A stretch of 52,292 nucleotides of DNA from Planctomycetales bacterium 4572_13 (GCA_002084585.1 NBLM01000001.1:1-52292), one strand, 5' to 3'. Positions 29,053 to 37,270 are shown, counted from the first letter of the stretch. Notes: generated by a model from the letters alone, not told the origin. Program-made: numbers and translations.

Positions 29053-29637
29053 ATGAAACAAACTGCAATCCTCTTCGGGCTAATCGCAATCACCCTAATC
29101 GTTTCCGGCTGTGGACCCAGTTCAAAATCCCACACACTCTTCGAACGCCGGCAGATCATCGACACGATGGCCAATCAGAGCTTAGAGCAACTGTATATCG
29201 AACGGCCCTCTGCACGGCAGGAAATCGCCGAGTCCGCCGGATACGCCGTATTCAGCAATGCCAATGTTCATATCATCGTTGTCGGCGGCGGTGGCGGTTA
29301 TGGCATCGCCATAGACAAAACCACCGGACGCAAAATCTATATGAAAGTCAGTTCCGGCGGCATCGGCTTTGGCCTCGGAGCCAAGGATTACCGACAAGTC
29401 ATCATTTTCAAGACCCGTCAAGCCCTTATTGATTTCACCGGGAGTGGATGGGGCATTGGCAGTCAGGCGGAAGCGACCGCGAAAACCCCTGAAGCCGGCG
29501 GCGATACGGCCGCCGACGGGATATTGGGCAAAGAGGTGACAACCTATACCATGACCAAAAGCGGATTGGCCCTGCAGGCAACCGTCAGCGGAACACGATA
29601 CTGGCTGGACGATGATCTGAACCAACCCTGCCTATAA
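29053..29637 (+). CDS. Lipoprotein, possibly SYLF/Ysc84-like (COG2930-like), paralog 1
   Basis: Lipobox IVSGCG with AGGAG before the ATG. Gly-rich core AGYAVFSNANVHIIVVGGGGGYGIA...GGIGFGLGAKDYRQVIIF...SGWGIG. The family assignment is tentative. Confidence 0.78.
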   Translation: MKQTAILFGLIAITLIVSGCGPSSKSHTLFERRQIIDTMANQSLEQLYIERPSARQEIAESAGYAVFSNANVHIIVVGGGGGYGIAIDKTTGRKIYMKVSSGGIGFGLGAKDYRQVIIFKTRQALIDFTGSGWGIGSQAEATAKTPEAGGDTAADGILGKEVTTYTMTKSGLALQATVSGTRYWLDDDLNQPCL

Positions 29638-29672
29638 TGGGGAATCTATCATACTTTTTTAGGAGAAAAGCC

Positions 29673-30239
29673 ATGAAGAAAACAACCATTCTGTTCACAC
29701 TGTTGGTATTGGCTCTTGCGCTGACCGGTTGCAGCCCGGGAGGCAAACTGACCAACGACGAGAAGATCCAGGCCATTAACACAATGGCGGATGAAACACT
29801 TCAGCGGCTCTACACTGACAAACCTTCGACAAAGGACGAGGTGAAAGAGGCCGCCGGCTATGCGGCATTCAGCAATGCCAATGTCAACATTATTTTCGTT
29901 GGCATGGGCGGCGGATACGGCGTGGCTGTGGATAACGCCACCGGGGACAAGACCTATATGAAAATGGGTTCCGGCGGTCTTGGATTTGGCATCGGTGTCA
30001 AAGATTTCCGACAAGTAATGATTTTCAATACGAAAGAAACAATGAATAACTTTGTTGAAAGCGGCTGGACATTCGGCGGCCATGCCGACGCGGCAGCCAA
30101 AGCCGGTGAAAAAGGCGGTGCAGCCAGCGGTGAAGGGGCCATCGGTCAGGTAAAAGTCTATTCAATGACCGAATCCGGACTGGCCCTGCAGGCCATGGGT
30201 ACCGGCACCAAGTACTATAAAGACAAAGAACTGAACTAA
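29673..30239 (+). CDS. Lipoprotein, possibly SYLF/Ysc84-like, paralog 2
   Basis: Lipobox ALTGCS with AGGAG (29661-29665) before ATG 29673. The core is collinear with the upstream paralog, roughly half the residues identical by eye (AGYAAFSNANVNIIFVGMGGGYGVA...GGLGFGIGVKDFRQVMIF). Confidence 0.78.
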   Translation: MKKTTILFTLLVLALALTGCSPGGKLTNDEKIQAINTMADETLQRLYTDKPSTKDEVKEAAGYAAFSNANVNIIFVGMGGGYGVAVDNATGDKTYMKMGSGGLGFGIGVKDFRQVMIFNTKETMNNFVESGWTFGGHADAAAKAGEKGGAASGEGAIGQVKVYSMTESGLALQAMGTGTKYYKDKELN

Positions 30240-30243
30240 GGTA

Positions 30244-30500
30244 GCTCAGGCATCCTGCCTGAACAAAAGCGCGACGGCGTAAGCCCGATATCGGAACGCG
30301 GGCATCCCGCCGCCAGTTTTTCGCACCGAAGGTGCAGCATACCATAGCCCAGGGCAACGCCCTGGGTTAGGTGGTGTCTCACCACCCACGCCCTGTAAGG
30401 GCAGGATAATAGATTGGCACTTCTATTCTGCCCTTACAGGGCGAATTACTGGATGAGACAACAGAAACCCAGTCCGCTGGGCTGGGCTATATTATTCTGG
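30244..30500. repeat. Hairpin-cluster element (copy C) including a 22-bp-stem hairpin
   Basis: TCAGGCA-tcc-TGCCTGA, GCACC-gaa-GGTGC, CATAGCC plus CCCAGGGC-aac-GCCCTGGG (30348-30366), and GGTGGTG-tct-CACCACC. A perfect 16-bp inverted repeat CGCCCTGTAAGGGCAG (30389-30404) / CTGCCCTTACAGGGCG (30428-30443) is extended by AATAGA/TCTATT. Confidence 0.55.
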
Positions 30501-30532
30501 TCTTTCAGGCCGGGATACTTCATTCTCGTTCC

Positions 30533-31477
30533 TTAATTCAACGGACTCGATAACAGTTTAATATCATCAATCCAAACGGTTCCGACCCCTTCAATCACCA
30601 GATTCAACTTCACATTGCCAGGCATCTGTCCAGCTTCAAGCTGAAACGCTGTTTGCACAGTCGTCCAATTCGTCGATCCTGATACCGGCTGAGCCAGACC
30701 TCGCGAGAAAAACGCGCCTTTGCCCGGAATGTCGCACCACATCTCAAGATACGCGATACCGTTATCTAATTCACTTTTGACTTTGGCCGAGTAGATCAGC
30801 ATCCGATTGTCAATCCCCATCGGACCCGTTTCAAACAATCGAACAACCGTTTTTTCAGATGAATTTGTAAAAAATCTCAATGAGCCGTTGCCATCTGCGA
30901 AAATAACATTGTCAAGCTCAATCCCATCCTGCGCTAAAACACCATCCAGCGAATCCAGCGGATATGCTTTATGGCTGACAAGATGCCTTGCCCCAAGTTC
31001 TTCTATTTTTGCTCTTTGTTGTTCTACTGCAACTGTACTTTTAGCCCGAACATAGAAAAGCGATAATATCATAAAGCCGGGTACAATTAATAACCCTAAA
31101 CACGGTACACCAATCGCGGCGATCTTACCCTGAGTCGTTTTCCAGCCGATGATGCCGAAAATGAAGGCCAACAAGGTACATGACAAACCAATGGGAAGAA
31201 CTGACACGAGCAACACCTTCGACCCAACCTTCGCCCCAACTGCATTCAATACCAATGCCATCAAAACAGCAACTACCGGCAGTACAATAGAAGCTGTCAT
31301 CAAAGTCAACGCCGCTTTGCCATAGCCGGTGCGGGGTTTGGATTCGGTTGGTTTCTCGACCGGTTGTTGTGTGGCCTCCTTCTGCCGAATCGCCTCCAGC
31401 AGTTCCTGATATTCTTCTTCCGTAATTTTGCCCTCTTCGAGCAACTGCTTCAATTCCTGTTCGCTGGTGGGTTCCAT
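30533..31477 (-). CDS. Membrane protein with N-terminal SHOCT-like motif and C-terminal beta-sandwich-like domain
   Basis: N-terminus LKQLLEEGKITEEEYQELLEAI (SHOCT-like), about 4 TM helices, and a C-terminal ~150 aa ending in GTVWIDDIKL, reminiscent of carbohydrate-binding jelly-rolls. The function is unknown. Confidence 0.7.
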   Translation of the reverse strand: MEPTSEQELKQLLEEGKITEEEYQELLEAIRQKEATQQPVEKPTESKPRTGYGKAALTLMTASIVLPVVAVLMALVLNAVGAKVGSKVLLVSVLPIGLSCTLLAFIFGIIGWKTTQGKIAAIGVPCLGLLIVPGFMILSLFYVRAKSTVAVEQQRAKIEELGARHLVSHKAYPLDSLDGVLAQDGIELDNVIFADGNGSLRFFTNSSEKTVVRLFETGPMGIDNRMLIYSAKVKSELDNGIAYLEMWCDIPGKGAFFSRGLAQPVSGSTNWTTVQTAFQLEAGQMPGNVKLNLVIEGVGTVWIDDIKLLSSPLN

Positions 31478-31530
31478 TGATACGCTCCTATTCTTTTATA
31501 ATTCGTACAAATCATCAATCATCCTCTAAA

Positions 31531-31766
31531 AGCCCGTAGGGCTTCTGATAAGGATAGCCGCGGGTGGAGGCCGATAGGCCGCAACCCGTGGTAACGATAC
31601 CACAGAACATTCACAACCCCGTAGGGGTTGAATAAAATACGCTCATCACAATGGCCCTGCTATTCGACCCCTACAGGGTCGCACACTCCTAACGCAACCA
31701 ACCACGGGTTTCGGTCGCTTCGCTCCCTGCACCCGCGGCTATCCTTATCAAGACCCCTTTGGGGTC
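31531..31766. repeat. ~235-bp palindromic (MITE-like) element, copy D of the hairpin family
   Basis: Perfect 21-bp inverted repeat TGATAAGGATAGCCGCGGGTG (31546-31566) / CACCCGCGGCTATCCTTATCA (31730-31750). A second inner inverted repeat is AACCCGTGGT/ACCACGGGTT. Flanking and internal triloop hairpins are AGCCC-gta-GGGCT, AACCCC-gta-GGGGTT, CGACCC-taca-GGGTCG and GACCCC-ttt-GGGGTC. Confidence 0.65.
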
Positions 31767-31775
31767 ATTGCTGTT

Positions 31776-32138
31776 CTACAATTTCTCCAACTTTCGTTTT
31801 GCCTCAACGACGGTGATGTCGCCAGAGCGGAGTTTTTCTAAAATCGCTTTTTTATGGTCTTCGGCGAGGATGACTGTTTTGGTATTGCTGATGAGTTTGT
31901 CCAGACGACTGCGAATCGCGGCGTAGCCCAGATTTGTATTCTCCTCAAGGGCCTTGATGCTGAAACCCGAAAGCAAATAGTCCAGCAAAAACTGCTGGTC
32001 TTCGGGATTTAAGCGATTTAGGGCAGATTCCTGATACGGCCCCTCGACTTTGACGCCGCAGGCGGTACAGCTCATCGCCGCAACCTGCATATTCAGTCCA
32101 CAACAGGGACATCGTGTTGATAATGATTTCTGTGTCAT
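31776..32138 (-). CDS. DUF2089-family protein (zinc ribbon + HTH-like)
   Basis: CPCCG...CTACG zinc-ribbon followed by DQQFLLDYLLSGFSIKALEENTNLGYAAIRSRLDKLI. Start taken at ATG 32138 (MTQKSL). Confidence 0.75.
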   Translation of the reverse strand: MTQKSLSTRCPCCGLNMQVAAMSCTACGVKVEGPYQESALNRLNPEDQQFLLDYLLSGFSIKALEENTNLGYAAIRSRLDKLISNTKTVILAEDHKKAILEKLRSGDITVVEAKRKLEKL

Positions 32139-32270
32139 GAAAACTATATTAGCACAAAAAGGCATGCCGTCAAATAAAACTTGGCTATTTTAATAAAAAT
32201 CCTAATTTTATTTTGACACAAGAAAACGCTTGCCAAATCGTAGATTTTCGGTAAAATCGCCTATCTTGAT

Positions 32271-32356
<86 letters not shown>

Positions 32357-32369
32357 TTTTTTCGGAATT

Positions 32370-32759
32370 CTACCCTTCGGCCTGCAAAAACTCCCGATAC
32401 GCATCCGCGTCCATCATCGTGTCCGGTTCGGCCAGATCGGCGGCTTCGACCCGGATCAGCCAGCCGGCACCATAGGCATCCTTACCGAGCATCGCCGGAT
32501 TGTCGCCAATGGCCGCGTTGACGGCAACGATTTTCCCGCAAAGCGGCGCAGATAGTTCAACGGTGCTTTTGACCGATTCGATGATGCCGAACGGCTCGTC
32601 CCGGCTAAGTTCTTTGCCGACGGCGGGCAGTTTGATATATACAATCTTACCCAACTGCTCGACTGCATATCCCGACAGCCCGACCAAAAACACATTGCCG
32701 TCTTGCTTTTTAACCCACTCGTGCGATTTCGAATACCGCGCATCCGCATCAACCATCAT
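32370..32759 (-). CDS. gcvH: Glycine cleavage system H protein (lipoyl carrier)
   Basis: YSKSHEWV..., VGLSGYAVEQLG, and the IESVKS lipoyl-Lys motif. Confidence 0.92.
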   Translation of the reverse strand: MMVDADARYSKSHEWVKKQDGNVFLVGLSGYAVEQLGKIVYIKLPAVGKELSRDEPFGIIESVKSTVELSAPLCGKIVAVNAAIGDNPAMLGKDAYGAGWLIRVEAADLAEPDTMMDADAYREFLQAEG

Positions 32760-32791
32760 TTCAATCTCTCCGGTACATAGAACCTGTTTAT

Positions 32792-33712
32792 TTACAAAGC
32801 TTCTTGCGAAAAGTATTTGATCGTTTTTTCAAGGCCGAAATCGAAATCAGAAGTCGGCACAAACCCGACCTGTGTGATCTTATCGATACTCGCTTGGGAG
32901 TGTTTTACATCACCCGCTCGCGGCGGAGCGTATTCAATCTTCGACGATGAATTCGTCAGCTTGATAATTTTTTCTGCGATATTGTTAATGGTCTGGCGTT
33001 TTCCATAGGCGATATTGAAGACCCCTGCCAAATCAGTTCGTTCGGCCAGATAAGCATTCGCCGCGACGATATCCTTCACAAAGATAAAGTCCCGCGTCTG
33101 CTCGCCATCGCCGAAGATGGTAATCGGCTCATTGCGAACGGCCTTGTGGATAAAAATCGGGATCGCCGCCGCATAGGCACTGCCGGGATCCTGCCGGGAA
33201 CCAAAAACATTGAAATACCGCATACAAGCCGTCTGCAGCCAGCCCTCATCAGAAAACAGCTTGCAGTAATACTCCCCGTCCAGCTTTGTAACCGCATAGG
33301 GACTTTTCGGCTCGGGGATCATCGTTTCCAGCTTGGGAACGGTCGGATTGTCGCCATAATTGGCCGCCGAACTGCTAAAGCACAGCTTTTTAACCCCCGC
33401 CGCGGCGGCTTCCTGCAGAACATTGAGTGTCCCTATCGTATTGATCTCAACGCATTCGACCGGCTTATCCATCGATTCCGGCACACTGATCATCGCCGCA
33501 AGGTGAAAAATATAGTCAACATCCTGAACCACCCGCTTAACGCACGCACGATCCGTTACCGACCCCTCGATGAACTCAACGGAAAGTCCGTCTAAGTTTT
33601 CCCGATAGCCGCTCCGCAGATTATCCAGAACCCGCACCTCGGCTCTGCCCTGAAAATGCTCCACAATATGACTGCCAATAAACCCCGCGCCGCCTGTTAC
33701 CAAAATACGCAT
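32792..33712 (-). CDS. NAD-dependent nucleotide-sugar epimerase/dehydratase (SDR, UDP-sugar 4-epimerase-like)
   Basis: MRILVTGGAGFIGSH Rossmann motif and the YAVTK (YxxxK) catalytic motif. Substrate unresolved. Confidence 0.88.
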   Translation of the reverse strand: MRILVTGGAGFIGSHIVEHFQGRAEVRVLDNLRSGYRENLDGLSVEFIEGSVTDRACVKRVVQDVDYIFHLAAMISVPESMDKPVECVEINTIGTLNVLQEAAAAGVKKLCFSSSAANYGDNPTVPKLETMIPEPKSPYAVTKLDGEYYCKLFSDEGWLQTACMRYFNVFGSRQDPGSAYAAAIPIFIHKAVRNEPITIFGDGEQTRDFIFVKDIVAANAYLAERTDLAGVFNIAYGKRQTINNIAEKIIKLTNSSSKIEYAPPRAGDVKHSQASIDKITQVGFVPTSDFDFGLEKTIKYFSQEAL

Positions 33713-33788
33713 ACTAAACCCCTGTATCTATCAGTCGATATTTATTTCACTTCTTCAACGGGCAGCCGGAACGAACCGTTAAGATGAT

Positions 33789-33872
33789 TGCGGGCGAGAG
33801 GAGTCGAACCTCCACACCACTAAGGGTACAAGAACCTAAATCTTGCGCGTCTGCCAATTCCGCCACGCCCGC
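33789..33872 (-). tRNA. tRNA-Leu (anticodon TAG)
   Basis: Minus strand: acceptor GCGGGCG/CGCCCGC, D region GCGGAATTGGCAGACGC, anticodon arm CAAGA-TTTAGGT-TCTTG, long variable arm, T-arm GGAGG-TTCGACT-CCTCT. Confidence 0.92.
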
Positions 33873-33911
33873 ATTCAATTGACTATTGATGATTGCTGAT
33901 TGATTATTCTG

Positions 33912-34178
33912 TCAAAATGGGAGATTGTCGCTGTCGCCCCCATTGTCTTCGTCCGGGGTGTCTTCGTTTTCAGCGATTTGCTCGATTCGTTTTTCCGCAT
34001 CGAGCAGGATGCCGCGGCAGTGTTTAATCATCGCCATCCCTTTTTCATACTGCTCAAGCGATTCGGCCAGCGAGACCTGCCCCGTTTCAATCCTGTCCAC
34101 AATCTGTGTCAAGCTCTCAATCGTCTGCTCGAAAGAAAGTCCATCGATTTCTTTTTTATCATTTTGTTTTTGTGCCAT
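33912..34178 (-). CDS. xseB: Exodeoxyribonuclease VII small subunit
   Basis: FEQTIESLTQIVDRIETGQVSLAESLEQYEKGMAMIKHC, typical XseB. It lies 27 nt after xseA. Confidence 0.9.
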   Translation of the reverse strand: MAQKQNDKKEIDGLSFEQTIESLTQIVDRIETGQVSLAESLEQYEKGMAMIKHCRGILLDAEKRIEQIAENEDTPDEDNGGDSDNLPF

Positions 34179-34205
34179 CTTTTCTGCCTTTACTAATCCG
34201 GATAC

Positions 34206-35708
34206 CTAAAGATCGATCTCTTCAACACGGCTGCGGATTTTTTGCTCATCGGCCAATTCGGTTATTAAACGATCCCCCACCCGTATCTGGTCAACATGGG
34301 TTACCAAATCGCCAGTTTGCTGATTCGTGGTCAAGCTGTATCCGCGATTCAGGACCGAACGGGGGTTCAACGCCTGTAATGTATTCTCTAATGCCGTCAA
34401 TTTCAACTGATTTTTGCTGAGTATCTTCATCATTCCAACGCGATGGCGGCTGTCATAATCGCCAATCACGACATACTGCCTCGCAATCAATCGGGTCGGC
34501 TCGATCTTCTGAATCTGATCCCGAATTCGGTCCAACCGATTTCGCATTTTCATCGTCCGCGTTTTGAGGGCGTCCGTCAGCATGACCGCCTGTTCACAGA
34601 GGTCCATCTTCTCTTTCGCAATCAGTCGCACGGGTTCGATTTTCCCCACCAGCCGGTCCATCACATCTAATCGCTGCCGGGTCCGTGTTATCAGCGTCCG
34701 AGTTGTACCTTTCAGCACCGCCGCCAGTTCGTCAATTCGCTGGGCCGCGGCTTGCACCGGACCTAAAGGTGAGCGAAAAACTCGGCTGGCCAGCACAGTC
34801 TGGAGCCGATTTTTTCCGTGCTGTATTTGAGACCTCGTATTCAACTGCAACCGGCGTTTGAGCGAATGCAGTTTGCCCAATTCATCCCGGAAGTCGGGTA
34901 CAGCAATCACACCGGCCTGTGTGGGTGTCGAGGCGCGGGCATCAGCCACCAAATCCGCGATGGTAACATCCACCTCGTGACCGACGGCACTGATAATGGG
35001 GATTTTTGAGGCAAAAACAGCTCGCGCAACCGGTTCTTCGTTAAACGCCCACAAATCCTCCATCGACCCGCCGCCCCTGCCGACGATGAGAATATCCAGC
35101 CGCAAGTGCTTTTGCATCCGATTCGCTTTATTGATTGCCGCCGCGATTTTCTCCGCGGCCCCTTCGCCCTGCACCGGCACATCAAAAACGCACAGCTTCG
35201 CACACGGCCAGCGATTATAGATGCTGTCGGCAATATCGACAATCGCCGCACCGCTGCGGCTGGTAACAACGCCGATGTTTATCGGATACGCCGGAAGCGG
35301 CTGTTTGTGGGCCGGGTCAAAAAGCCCTTCGGCCTGCAACCTCTTTCGCATCTGCTCAAAAGCAAGCTGCAAGTCGCCGATGCCGGCCGGTTCCAGCTTT
35401 TCCGCATAAAACTGGTACTTTCCGCCGGGTACATACACATCTACATGCCCAGTCGCCAACACCGCCAGACCGTTATGGCAGTCGAACTTGATGGGACGAA
35501 ACTTACTGGCCCACATCACACAGGGGATCTGGCTGCCGCCGGAGTCCTTCAGCGAAAAATAGCAGTGTCCGCTGGAGGGCCGTTTCCAGTTGCTGATCTC
35601 GCCGCGCAGGATCATTCGCGAAGGAAGTTTCTCTTCCAACGAAACCTGAACAAGATTGTTCAGCTGGGTAACGCTAAAAACCGGCAGTTGTTTTTTCTGT
35701 CTGGCCAT
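34206..35708 (-). CDS. xseA: Exodeoxyribonuclease VII large subunit
   Basis: N-terminal OB fold (VSLEEKLPSRMILRGEISNW...GHCYFSLKD), a catalytic core (IGVVTSRSGAAIVD, GRGGGSMEDLWAFNEE), and a C-terminal helical repeat. Confidence 0.92.
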   Translation of the reverse strand: MARQKKQLPVFSVTQLNNLVQVSLEEKLPSRMILRGEISNWKRPSSGHCYFSLKDSGGSQIPCVMWASKFRPIKFDCHNGLAVLATGHVDVYVPGGKYQFYAEKLEPAGIGDLQLAFEQMRKRLQAEGLFDPAHKQPLPAYPINIGVVTSRSGAAIVDIADSIYNRWPCAKLCVFDVPVQGEGAAEKIAAAINKANRMQKHLRLDILIVGRGGGSMEDLWAFNEEPVARAVFASKIPIISAVGHEVDVTIADLVADARASTPTQAGVIAVPDFRDELGKLHSLKRRLQLNTRSQIQHGKNRLQTVLASRVFRSPLGPVQAAAQRIDELAAVLKGTTRTLITRTRQRLDVMDRLVGKIEPVRLIAKEKMDLCEQAVMLTDALKTRTMKMRNRLDRIRDQIQKIEPTRLIARQYVVIGDYDSRHRVGMMKILSKNQLKLTALENTLQALNPRSVLNRGYSLTTNQQTGDLVTHVDQIRVGDRLITELADEQKIRSRVEEIDL

Positions 35709-35797
35709 AGGTGTGCATTATAGGGATTGACTGCTATCGAGACAATTGAATTGTCTATAGGCAAAAAGGGATGCGTTCCATTAAAAAACACTGGAAT

Positions 35798-36271
35798 CTA
35801 TTTTGGCCGACGGGTGGGTTTGGGAGAATAAGACTTTAAGTTGCCGTTGGCTTCTGAGGGAATCGACCGTATCTCTCTTTTGCTGTGAGGTCTTTTACTT
35901 TGAGACCTTTTATCATAGGGCCGGGGCTTGCGTTTCGGGGGTTTAATGGTGATCTCGCCCCGCATCAATCCCAGTGAGGTCTTGGATATCTCCTGCGTTG
36001 CCCGGTCCTGGTGGACAACACCCTTTTCCAATACCTCGACCGCTACCTTCTTCATCCTGCCCCGCATACTGCGCAGACCATAGGCGGCAGCCCTTTTGGC
36101 AGTCTTGGAATAGTTTCCAAAGAGTGCCTCCTGCAGAACGGCCATCCCGTCTTCCTGCAGCCATGATAGCTGAAACCCTGCGACTCTGGCATGTGAAATA
36201 TCCGCAGACATCAGCTTCTGCCTGAGCTGCTTAAGTTTTTCGATTGTCGCTTCGTCCCGTATTCGTTCCAT
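35798..36271 (-). CDS. Hypothetical protein with basic C-terminal tail
   Basis: 157-aa ORF with a helical N-terminal part and a Lys/Arg/Pro-rich tail (KPPKRKPRPYDKRSQSKRPHSKR). No motif recognised. Confidence 0.5.
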   Translation of the reverse strand: MERIRDEATIEKLKQLRQKLMSADISHARVAGFQLSWLQEDGMAVLQEALFGNYSKTAKRAAAYGLRSMRGRMKKVAVEVLEKGVVHQDRATQEISKTSLGLMRGEITIKPPKRKPRPYDKRSQSKRPHSKREIRSIPSEANGNLKSYSPKPTRRPK

Positions 36272-36434
36272 AATCCTTTACCTCACGGGGCCCTAACCTC
36301 GAATTCTGGTTTATGATTTCATGCAGACTCCCCGTCCGCACATACCAAACGATTATTCTAATTCTATCTCAAAACAGATGGAATTGCAACTATAAATTAC
36401 CAATATCTAACAATAAGGTTTATTTTTTCTTTTC

Positions 36435-36464
36435 TTGACCCTATCGGGATAATTGAGTTATAAG
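36435..36464 (+). promoter_or_regulatory. Candidate promoter for crcB-DUF190
   Basis: TTGACC (36435-36440), 18 nt, TATAAG (36459-36464). This leaves only ~30 nt of leader before the GGAG-ATG at 36503. Confidence 0.45.
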
Positions 36465-36502
36465 GTCGATTTGAGATATGTTTTCAAATACTGGAGATAA
36501 AG

Positions 36503-36892
36503 ATGCTTCAAATTTTTTGGATTGCGCTTGCCGGAGCAATGGGGGCAACTTGCCGCTGGGGTGTCAGCCGGGCCGGATACGCCCTCTTGGGGGGCGGTTT
36601 TGCCTGGGGAACGCTGATTGCCAATGCAGTGGGGTGTTTTTTGCTGGGTTTTTTGATGCATTTCGGACTCATCAGCGATAGATTGTCCGCCGAAGCGAGA
36701 ACGGCCCTGGCTGTGGGTTTTTTGGGGGCATTGACGACTTTTTCAACATTCAGCTATGAAACCATCGGCTATATTGAAGACGGAAGCTGGACACTGGCAA
36801 TCGCCAATATCAGCGCCAATCTGGTCATCGGACTGGGAGCAACCATCGCGGGATTGGTACTGGCACGAACCTTATTTGGAGGAACCGCATAA
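36503..36892 (+). CDS. crcB: Fluoride ion channel CrcB/FluC
   Basis: GAMGATCRW..., GTLIANAVGCFLLGF and GFLGALTTFSTFSYE motifs; 4 TM helices. Confidence 0.92.
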   Translation: MLQIFWIALAGAMGATCRWGVSRAGYALLGGGFAWGTLIANAVGCFLLGFLMHFGLISDRLSAEARTALAVGFLGALTTFSTFSYETIGYIEDGSWTLAIANISANLVIGLGATIAGLVLARTLFGGTA

Positions 36893-37233
36893 TGAAAGTA
36901 TTGCAGGGACAACAGACGCTCATGCGGATATTCATCGGTGAGCAGGACAAATGCCAGAAAAAACCGTTGTATCAGGCCGTTGTGGACATGCTGCGAAAGG
37001 AAAAGCTCGCTGGAGCAACGGTGCTTCGCGGAATCGCGGGATTCGGCGCCAACAGCCATTTGCATTCAACACACCTGCTAACCCTCAGCCAGAATCTGCC
37101 AATGGTAATCGAATGCGTCGATACGCGCGAAAACATCGACCGCATCATGCCGAAGATTGATGAGATGGTTACAGACGGGCTGGTAACGCTGGAAAATATT
37201 GAAGTTGCCCGCTATGCACCGAAAGACAATTGA
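36892..37233 (+). CDS. DUF190 (UPF0166, PII-like) protein
   Basis: MRIFIGEQDK...PLYQAVVDMLRKEKLAGATVLRGIAGFG. Its start overlaps the crcB stop (TAATG). Confidence 0.85.
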   Translation: MKVLQGQQTLMRIFIGEQDKCQKKPLYQAVVDMLRKEKLAGATVLRGIAGFGANSHLHSTHLLTLSQNLPMVIECVDTRENIDRIMPKIDEMVTDGLVTLENIEVARYAPKDN

Positions 37234-37270
37234 TTATTGATAACTGATTATTGATTATTAGGAATTTAAT

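Noticed and set aside
28755-29174. 139-aa minus-strand ORF in the thiC/lipoprotein intergenic region
   Set aside because: It overlaps the well-supported lipoprotein start (AGGAG-ATG, lipobox) and runs through the palindrome and the terminator-like leader. It has no SD and no motifs.
35740-35756. 17-bp AT-rich palindrome AGACAATT-g-AATTGTCT upstream of xseA (a similar one, TTTTCCGCGGAAAA, lies at 14532-14545)
   Set aside because: Palindromes with arms of 7-8 bp are expected about once by chance in 52 kb. Neither has a supporting promoter context or second copy.
36272-36502. Fluoride riboswitch upstream of crcB
   Set aside because: No match to the conserved crcB-motif blocks was found on the plus strand, and the leader after the best promoter candidate is too short.
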